Of a stretch of 43,545 nt of DNA, positions 34,417 to 43,545 are shown in pieces. Source of the DNA: Octopus bimaculoides. Taxonomy: Eukaryota. How positions within the stretch are numbered: position 1 is the first letter of the stretch; each line of letters starts with the position of its first letter. Under the pieces are notes generated by a model. That model had not been told where the DNA came from. It worked only from the letters and a program-made list of their open reading frames with translations, and did no database searches. The position numbers and the translations under genes are program-made. The DNA lies in contig NC_069000.1 in NCBI RefSeq assembly GCF_001194135.2, positions 28,661,979 to 28,705,523 of the forward strand, written 5' to 3'.

Positions 34417-34599
34417 TGCATGTGGGAGTGTGAATGTATGCCTGTCCAGCAAGATGGATATAGGAAATATAAAGGGAAATAAGAGAATGAAAATAAAAAT
34501 GAAAATATATGTAAGATGTTATAGTTGCAATTCCATTATTATCCATGGTATGTAGATTCCGATTGGAGTTTATATTTTGATATTACAAGTGGATAATGT

Positions 34600-34800
34600 G
34601 GAGACATAAATTCCATGTGCTGTTCATTCAAAGACCCCTTTCATGAAAAGCACGTCTGCCTATGGGGAAATATTATCTTGTGATAAAGCAAGTGAGGGCT
34701 GGCAACAGGAAGGGCATCCAGTTGTAGAAAATCTGCCTCAACAAATTCCATTTGACCCACGCAAGAATTGGAAAAGGATCATCGAAATGATGATGAACAT
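34600..34800 (+). mobile_element. SINE body with RTE-type tail
   Basis: ggctggcaacaggaagggcatccagttgtagaaaatctgcc...gaaatgatgatg. Confidence 0.7.
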
Positions 34801-35129
34801 GATGGTAATGATATATGTATGGATATATATTCTTTCTTTAGAATCCACAAATCACTGGGGTAGCTGCTGTTATTCTCTGACTAGGACTATGAATTCAAGT
34901 TCCACCATATGCACTATTCTCTGGTATGACAATAAGAGTATATTCTTTTATTCTTTCAGTCATTTCAGTAGGAAGACGGTGGCCATGCTGGAGTACTGCC
35001 TTAAAAAACACAAAGTTGACCTGGACAGGATTTGAACACAGAGTAATGACTGTTAGAACAATTATTGTCCTACATTCTATCCAGTACTCTAATGACTGCA
35101 CCAATTTGCCACTCTGCATATTATCTCAA

Positions 35130-35335
35130 ATTTTGGTACAAGGCCAGCAATTTCTGAAGAGGAGTTAGTCAATTACATTGAACCTAGTACTTGACTGGTA
35201 CTTATTTTATCAACCTTCAAAAGATGAATGGCAAAGTCGACTTTGGCACATTTTGGACTCAGAACACAAAGACAGGCAAAATGCTGAGAAGCATTTTGCC
35301 CAGCATACTAATGATTCCGCTAGCTCACTGCTTTT
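35130..35335 (-). mobile_element. SINE with a Nin/Deu-like central domain
   Basis: ggtacttattttatcaaccttcaaaagatgaatggcaaagtcgac is the reverse complement of a ...catccttt....gtcgataaaat.agtacc-type DeuSINE/Nin domain (from memory). Confidence 0.5.
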
Positions 35336-35590
35336 GTATAATTCAGCATATTAAGATTTGTTAAAGCTTTACCAATGTAGCTATACTGTAGCAAAAACAT
35401 ATTACAGATAGGTGAGACCTTTGAATTATTCTTGTCATGAAGATAAAAATAACAGCTAACAGTTGTCAAGCTGGAAAAGATGAAAAGGGTACAACCAAAT
35501 GTATAACAAACAACAGAATTTTGAAAGATGTTCTTTTCTTAGACTGCACTTTCAATACTCTCTGTATGGTATGGACATCTTAAAAAATGT

Positions 35591-35953
35591 TTCTGTCATT
35601 AGACTGCAGCCATGCTGGAGCACCACCTTGAAGAATTTTTGGTTGAATGAATCAACTCTATTACTTATATTTTCTTTTTTAAGCCTGGTACTTATTCTAC
35701 TGCTCTGTACTGCCAAGTTATAGGGATGTAAACACACCAACACCAGTTGTTAAGCAGTGGTAGGGGACAAGCACAGACTCAAAGACACACACACACACAT
35801 TTTTACAACAAGCTTCTTTCAGTCTCTGTCTACCAAATCCACTCATAAAGCTTTGGTCAGCCTGAGGCTACACAGTAGAAAGGTGCCACACAGTGAGACT
35901 GAACCTGAAATCATGTGGCTGGGAAGCAAGCTTCTTACCACATGGCCATGCCT
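35591..35953 (-). mobile_element. tRNA-derived SINE, near full length
   Basis: Tail gtcattagactgcagccatgctggagcaccaccttgaag through to head gggaagcaagcttcttaccacatggccatgcc. Confidence 0.8.
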
Positions 35954-36365
35954 CTCTGTAAACTTCCAACAATATTTTTATTTTGAATATAACCTTTAAC
36001 ATTTCCATGGGGACTGCTGGTGGGAGATAATCTATAATAATAAATGCCAAAACGAATTTCTTTGTGTCAGTGTGTCATACTTTGACCCCTTCTCTCACTT
36101 TTCAATGACACTTCTACTATTCCTCTTGCTGGTGTGAGAGTAATGGTAGGTATAGAGATGGTGAGAGCAGTAGTAGATTGCTGGTAAAGATGGTAATGGG
36201 GTGATAGTAATAGTATGTGCTGTAGTTGTGATAGAGGTGGAGGTGATGGTGGTAGCGGTGGAGTCAAAGGTGTTGATGTGGTGGTGTCAGTAGTCTGAAT
36301 GGTGTATGTATAGCAGTTGTGGCAATGGTGTGGTACTAATGATGGTGATAGTTGAAAAGAAAACA

Positions 36366-36368
<3 letters not shown>

Positions 36369-36423
<55 letters not shown>

Positions 36424-37196
36424 NNNNNNNNNNNNNNNNNNNNNNNNNNNNNNNNNNNNNNNNNNNNNNNNNNNNNNNNNNNNNNNNNNNNNNNNNNNNN
36501 NNNNNNNNNNNNNNNNNNNNNNNNNNNNNNNNNNNNNNNNNNNNNNNNNNNNNNNNNNNNNNNNNNNNNNNNNNNNNNNNNNNNNNNNNNNNNNNNNNNN
36601 NNNNNNNNNNNNNNNNNNNNNNNNNNNNNNNNNNNNNNNNNNNNNNNNNNNNNNNNNNNNNNNNNNNNNNNNNNNNNNNNNNNNNNNNNNNNNNNNNNNN
36701 NNNNNNNNNNNNNNNNNNNNNNNNNNNNNNNNNNNNNNNNNNNNNNNNNNNNNNNNNNNNNNNNNNNNNNNNNNNNNNNNNNNNNNNNNNNNNNNNNNNN
36801 NNNNNNNNNNNNNNNNNNNNNNNNNNNNNNNNNNNNNNNNNNNNNNNNNNNNNNNNNNNNNNNNNNNNNNNNNNNNNNNNNNNNNNNNNNNNNNNNNNNN
36901 NNNNNNNNNNNNNNNNNNNNNNNNNNNNNNNNNNNNNNNNNNNNNNNNNNNNNNNNNNNNNNNNNNNNNNNNNNNNNNNNNNNNNNNNNNNNNNNNNNNN
37001 NNNNNNNNNNNNNNNNNNNNNNNNNNNNNNNNNNNNNNNNNNNNNNNNNNNNNNNNNNNNNNNNNNNNNNNNNNNNNNNNNNNNNNNNNNNNNNNNNNNN
37101 NNNNNNNNNNNNNNNNNNNNNNNNNNNNNNNNNNNNNNNNNNNNNNNNNNNNNNNNNNNNNNNNNNNNNNNNNNNNNNNNNNNNNNNNNNNNNNNN

Positions 37197-37250
<54 letters not shown>
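36369..37250. repeat. (GA)n microsatellite flanking an N-gap
   Basis: Directly visible. Similar (GA)n at 23936-23986 and (TA)n at most other gap edges. Confidence 0.9.
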
Positions 37251-37253
<3 letters not shown>

Positions 37254-37734
37254 GAAGTAGGGTAAGGGCAAGCAGCAGACAGATAAACAGAAATGAGAAA
37301 TACTTACTAACATACTAAATAATTTCAGCAAATAAAGAATCCCTTTTTGAACAACTTTTAGGGTGTCCTTCAAGTGAGAGGCTTCTCCAAGTGGTCATTT
37401 GAAGCAAAGAAGGAGCCTCAATGCAAGTGTCTGACCTGCTAGGAACAACAGCTAAATCTTACTATTACTTCATTCCATAATTCATCAGTCATTGTAGGCA
37501 TAACTTGCTGTGTGTACAAATCATAATATATTTTATAATTGTTATTATAAGGCCTTGTGCCTATAATAGAAAGGATAATTATTATTTTTTTCCATGAGAA
37601 AGACAAGACACATTGGACAACTTAGTTCTGCTATTCAAAAATGTGAGATGGTTATGGCTGGAATATATCTTACCTGATCATTAGTGTGATTAGTTAGTGT
37701 CCATAGGTGTGTGTGTGTATTTTACCATTCATAT

Positions 37735-37880
37735 TGTGTGGTAAGAAGCTTGCTTCCAACTACATGGTTCTAGGTTCAGCCCCACTGCATGGCACCTTGG
37801 GCAAGTATCTTCTATTATAGTCTCAGACCAACAAAAGCCTTGTGGGTGGATTAGGTAGACAGAAACTGAAAGAAGCCCAT

Positions 37881-37882
<2 letters not shown>
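37735..37882 (+). mobile_element. SINE head/CORE
   Basis: tgtgtggtaagaagcttgcttccaactacatggttctaggttcagccccactgcatggcaccttgggcaag. Confidence 0.8.
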
Positions 37883-37923
<41 letters not shown>

Positions 37924-38329
37924 CATGTGTGTATGTAAACAATTATAAATAAAGGCAAAAGAAAAAAATTTTCTATGCCAATATGCTGAAAAAATAAACT
38001 TTATATCGTCTAACCACATACAATATTTTTCACTATAAATACACAGTGTGTTGAAACAAGGTTAGATGATATAAAGTCTATTTTTTCAGCNNNNNNNNNN
38101 NNNNNNNNNNNNNNNNNNNNNNNNNNNNNNNNNNNNNNNNNNNNNNNNNNNNNNNNNNNNNNNNNNNNNNNNNNNNNNNNNNNNNNNNNNNNNNNNNNNN
38201 NNNNNNNNNNNNNNNNNNNNNNNNNNNNNNNNNNNNNNNNNNNNNNNNNNNNNNNNNNNNNNNNNNNNNNNNNNNNNNNNNNNNNNNNNNNNNNNNNNNN
38301 NNNNNNNNNNNNNNNNNNNCCCCCCCCCC

Positions 38330-38495
38330 CAATTGCTTGATAACTGTGTTTACATTACCGTAACTTTGCGGTTCGGCAAATGAGACTGAAAGAATAAGTA
38401 CTAGGCTTACAAAGAATAAGACCTGGGGTTGATTTGTTCAACCAAAGGTAGGTGGTGCTCCAGCATGACTGCAGTCAAATGACTGAAACAAAAAA
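38330..38495 (+). mobile_element. SINE body and 3' tail
   Basis: agaataagtactaggcttacaaagaataag...ggtgctccagcatgactgcagtcaaatgactgaaacaa. Confidence 0.8.
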
Positions 38496-41116
38496 AAATA
38501 TATGAATAGTAAAATGTCTCAACACCATGTTGCAACTATCACAGTAAGTTTGTTCTGCTGTACATGTGTTTGCCAATTCGGCAATTAATTAATACCCATA
38601 CCATATGCACCCGTTAGCTGCTATTCAGTTTATTTACTTTGTTATTATTTTAGCTAGTTGCTGTTACCAGCAATCAGTAAAGTCATTTGTCCCACATGTT
38701 CCTTCACTCTCCCCCTCCCTCTCTCCACTGTTGAGATCTGTTTCAATATTTGCTTCAACACACAATGCCTGATCAAATCTCTTACCAAAAATATACAAGG
38801 ATATATAATATGATTCTTTTAATGGTTTCACTCATTGAGTCATGGCCATGTTGGGGCAATGCCTTCCAAGATTTCATTGATCGTGTCAACACAAATACTC
38901 ATTTCCACTTTGCTGCTAATTTTATCAATCTCTTTTTATCGAGCCACTGTGCTACGGCTTTGACATTAAAAGATTTATCTCAACACTGGGTACAAACACA
39001 AACATAGATATACACATACATATGTGTATATAATATCTATTTGTATATAATACATATGTGTATATAATATCTATTTGTTAGCTATCATCATCATCTTTTA
39101 ACATCCGTCATCCACACTGGCATTGGATGGATGGTTTGATTGAACTGAGGATTGCTTCAGCTCCATACATGCATGCATGTATCTATGGATGCATACATAC
39201 ATCATCATTATCATTTCACACCCTTCTTCTGCTGGCATGGGTTGGATGGTTTATTATAGCTCAAGCCAATTTTTGCCCTCCTACATGGCTCAACCACATA
39301 TTTTGGCACTCTGTCATCAACTGTGTAAGGCTCAACATTTGAAGATCAGCCTTCAATAATTTACCCCACAATTCCCTCCTTCACAACTTCCTTACACTTT
39401 AAGTGATTAGTACTTCTTTATGTAACTGTCCACCTCCATCTGCATCACAAGGCCAAACCAGCACAGTCTCCTCTCTTCATCTAATTCCTCTTATGCCCAA
39501 CTTCTCTAAATTTTCCTCCATCGAACAACAGTGAAAACTATAAATTGATTATTAACATTTTTTCAACTAAGATTGTACAGTTAACCAAGGAAGCTCCTAA
39601 CTGGCTGTAACTTTGAGCATGAAAAAGAAATGTGATGCAATGGATTGCAAATAAGGCTAATGAACTTTCTAATGGAACAAGAATTTGAATCATCTGAACA
39701 TCTGACTGAAGGCCACATTTTATTGCAACAAGAACAAAAACAGACCTTCTGAGATTATTCTATCTCCTCTTACTTAATTACAGCTTTGCTAGAAGATACT
39801 TGTCTAAGGTACCTTGTAGTGGGATTGAACCAGGAATTACATAACTGTGAAGTGTGCCAAATTTTACTTGATTTTATACCATTAGAACACCACACTACAT
39901 CCCAACCTTGCTGGGACATTACTTTTAGTAAAAGTACACCTCCTGCCACCTGAAAAAACACATTTTTTAGAGAACCTTTATGGAGAGCTTCTATCTTTGT
40001 GATTGTTGTAGCTGATAGAAATAGCAGCCAAATCTCCCTCAAAACCACATTTGTCTTTACCATTACCAGATTAAAAATGCTAAAGGTGTAAAACATTTAT
40101 TCATTATTTAATAGCATGAATAAATAACATTTAATGAAGGAAGGAAGTGAAAACCAGCTTGGTGCTTGGGAAAACATCTGGAAAAATACATGCATGCACA
40201 CACACAAACAGAGGGGGAGAGGGAGATAGAGGAAGAGAGAAACTGCCCAAGGGGAAACTATCAAAAGAAGAACTCTCTTGTTACAGGCAAGTAAAAACAA
40301 AGTGTGTGGAAATTAAGTGAATGTAAGAATTTTAAATAACTAGTTCCATCAAGACCAAGAGAAGGGCAGTGACTAAATGGTTTGTGTGAATCATTTGTGT
40401 CATTTTGAAGTTATATGGAAGAACAATGAAGATGGAAGATGAAATAAAGTTATTTATTTCAAATCAGATATACACATAAACAAACACATACATATCCATG
40501 CACTAAACAGTTGCTTGACTTATTAGAAAGAGTAGCTAGATTTTTCATCAAATCACGCTATAAATTTGAGTCTCTACATGTACACACTATAAATGTCTTT
40601 AAAAGGAACAGACACATTGGATGATAGTAGTTTGAGATTACACTCAAAATAAAACTGAAATACTTTCAATCAAAGGTTTAATCAATACTTTTCTAAGTGT
40701 AAATAACAGCGACACAACTATATTTGTATATAATCACAAGAATCAACAAAGAATGGAAAATGATGGTCTGATCAGAAAGAGTTAATTTAACTAGCAGGTA
40801 AAATAGAGGTATTGGTGTAGAGTCTCCAGAGATTGGCTGGACAAAAAAACCCTACCAGATAAAAAGTATGAAGTCTGAAAAAATTCAGTTAATTTGATAA
40901 AAGAACTCAATATTTTATGTAAATGATGTTGCAACATTGATGCTGTGTCAGTGAAGCTGTAGCAGTGATTGTTAGTGATGCTAAGCCAGTAATGTTGTGA
41001 TGGTAAGGCTGTTCTGATGTCAGTTGTGGCTGTCATGGTGGGCAGTGATGCTTGGGCAGTGATGTTGTGGCATTGACTGTTGTGATGCTAGGCTGGTTAT
41101 GTTGTATACTGTATAG

Positions 41117-41367
41117 CAGTAGTTCTCAACTATTTTTTACCTAAGGACCCCCATCATATTCATTTTACTCAGGTGGACCCTCATAACCATTCAATCTTTA
41201 AAAAATCATATATTTTTATGATTAAATATAAAAAGGAAAGGTATAAAAAAGATTGTGAAAATATTTTGTGTATTGTAGAAGTATAGGGAATTTATTGCAC
41301 AAAATTTTAACAATGAAATCTTATGTGGACTTCCAAGGGTCATATGAACCCCGGTTGAGAACGACTG
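41117..41367. mobile_element. hAT-type MITE
   Basis: TIRs cagtagttctcaact and ggttgagaacgactg. Flanking 8-mers ctgtatag and ctgcatag match at 7 of 8 positions (TSD). Confidence 0.8.
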
Positions 41368-41934
41368 CTGCATAGGTTCTGCTATGGTAGTGACAATGTC
41401 AATATGAAACTATGTAGACTTTTGTCTCACAATTAGATTTTCCCACCCTCACAACATACACTAACTTAAATATTTATACAAATCTCATAAAAATTCACCC
41501 TTCTTTGCATGTAGGTTCTTAGTCATTCCTATGTTGCATTTCTTTCTTTCATCTGCTTTTATTACATCTTTTATACTTTCCTTTATTTTTAAATTTGTTC
41601 TATATTCTAGTTTCCACCCACACTTCATATATCTAAAATGGAGCAATGATAAACAAATAAGCAAAGAAAATAATAGAAATAAATCAGTAAAATTATAAAT
41701 AAAATAAAATATATACTATAATACACACACACACATACATACAACTCTTTCTCAGAGTTTCTGGTAGCAGAGAAAAAACAAAACATCATTATTACCCCAA
41801 AATAAATAAATATATATTTTTATTTCATTCTGAATATATATCTTCAGCTGCTTTAAGATAATAATAATAAAAAAAGAATCATTATAACTTCAATTACACA
41901 CACATACATGCATGCAGGCTCTATGTGGTTACTC

Positions 41935-42120
41935 AATTTGCTAGAAATAGCAACCAAATCTCTCTCTCAATTCACACCCTACCACCTTAGAAAAGAAAAT
42001 GTGGGGTAATATGACCTTGGGTTCTCTAGGCATTGTAAAGAGACAAGATAGTCACAGCAGAAATGCCTTGATCATAGCTCTGTCCAGTCAGGGCTCACCT
42101 GGGGTTAAACAGAACAACAC
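41935..42120 (+). mobile_element. SINE-like repeat with AAC-rich tail
   Basis: ctagaaatagcaaccaaatctctctctcaattcacaccctacc...gggctcacctggggttaaacagaacaac. Confidence 0.6.
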
Positions 42121-42607
42121 GGATATAGATATATACATAAATGTACCCCTATATAAACACAAAGTTTCACATATACACAAAACCATGCACACACACACTT
42201 ATTCTCCATTGCTTTGAGAAATATTTTGAATTCTTAAGCCATTTGACAAGTTTTTCTTTCTTTATTTCCATAAGATGGTGTGCTGTGGCAAAATAATTTA
42301 TAGCTAACACAAGTTAACAATTATAAGCATTTCCTGTTGTATTGGAAGGGAAGGAGGAGCAGCAAACAGAGGTTTATCTTAACCTATGGAATTAGAGGGG
42401 AGAAGGAGAAGGAGGAAGAATGATAAGAGACAAATAAAGAAAAAAAAAACAGGGAAATGTGTGTGTGTGTGTGTGTGTGTTGCTTTGATGTTCAGTGATC
42501 AGAAAAGAAGTATGTGGTCACCTTTATACCTGAGGTGACTTGTTGGACTTCTGAGAAGTTCTTTCTGTATAAGGAACAATGAGAGAACCTGTATACTCTA
42601 GCACACA

Positions 42608-42816
42608 TAGTGATTCTCATCCATTTTCTACCTATGGACCCCTTTGATTCCTATTTTACTGAGATGGACCCTCCTAGACATCTAATGTTCAAATAACCTA
42701 TTATATTTTTATAATTAAATATTATTATGAATTGTATAATAATGATTATTAAAATATTTAGTTGCAGATAAATTTTAACAATAAAATCTTATATGGACCC
42801 CGGTTGGGAGCCACTG
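42608..42816. mobile_element. hAT-type MITE, same family as 41117-41367, more decayed
   Basis: Shared ttttacctatggacccc...ttttactgagatggaccctc and aatcttatatggaccccggttgggagccactg. TSD unclear. Confidence 0.65.
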
Positions 42817-43545
42817 TCTAGCATAAAATCCCTTTTTTATACCAACCTGCCTAAGATTGCTCAATGTAAAATGTTGGAATGTAACCAAAACCTCCAAAGA
42901 TCATATTATGAGGTTTTAGTTTCAACAAACAGCAGCCACCAGTTAAAGGAGGAGCTTCTGAGTGATTATTCCACCTGTTAGAAGCAACAGTCAGATATCC
43001 AACAAATTACACCTTAGTGTCCAGAAAAAATGTAAGCAAAGGATGTAGCTATGGCTCAAATAGGTCAAAAAAGAAAGGTGCACCATCAGGTTGATAAGAC
43101 CTCCTTAATAAGTACATAGTGCTGGTCAAGGAATTTTTCAGTTACCAGCCTTACCTTTTACCTTTTTACTTGCTTCATTCATTAAACTGCAGCCATGGCT
43201 CTTATGAAATATTACTGGTTTCGATTGTAGGTCCATGGTACCAAATATTAATACTTCAATGTCAAGGAGTAAATATACAAAAAAAGTAGGAAATATATAT
43301 AAAAAAAAAACAATTGGAAAATTGCGGACATTTTCTTAAGTATAAATAGAATATGAGAGCAAACTGTTGAAATTTCCAGTTTTGTCTTCCTCCCTAATTT
43401 TCTCTTATTTCCCATTTTTCAACTTTGCATTTTTAATGTTTGACAAGATTGCCATACACATCGAAACTAGAAATGTTTTATGTCACTTCAAGTAGCCACA
43501 TGAAGAGACTTATCCTGTCCAATTAAAGGAGGAAAAAGTTTTAAT

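Noticed and set aside
36067-36366. Pro/Thr-rich ORF and similar low-complexity ORFs (12521-12778, 40791-41036)
   Set aside because: They derive from degenerate GGT/GAT/GTA simple repeats or purine-rich repeat DNA.

Overview
AT-rich eukaryotic draft-scaffold window with eight N-gaps and dense TA/CA/GA/GAT microsatellites. The SINE and LINE repertoire points to a cephalopod, most likely Octopus; this is inferred from pattern recognition, not from a search. The only clearly intact protein-coding gene is a 7TM class A (rhodopsin-like) orphan GPCR with an intronless CDS at 3228-4151 (+). The rest is mostly transposon debris: RTE LINEs, SINEs, mariners, hAT-type MITEs, fold-back elements, a Penelope-like GIY-YIG fragment and a Helentron-like element. 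Main discovery: an inverted 447-bp partial copy of the GPCR (5421-5867, TM2 to TM5) is strongly and strand-specifically hypermutated. My hand alignment gives 49 T>C changes on the GPCR-sense strand (A>G on the + strand) against only 4-5 of each other transition. About 30% of editable adenines are changed, and changed As rarely have a 5' G. This matches an ADAR A-to-I hyper-editing signature, apparently fixed in genomic DNA. The copy abuts a 5'-truncated RTE LINE that reads on the edited strand, and a shared diagnostic SINE remnant suggests the two GPCR arms form an inverted duplication. Proposed model (inference): GPCR sense/antisense dsRNA was hyper-edited, then written back into the genome by LINE reverse transcriptase. 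All counts are manual and need computational confirmation. An assembly artefact must be excluded with raw genomic reads.
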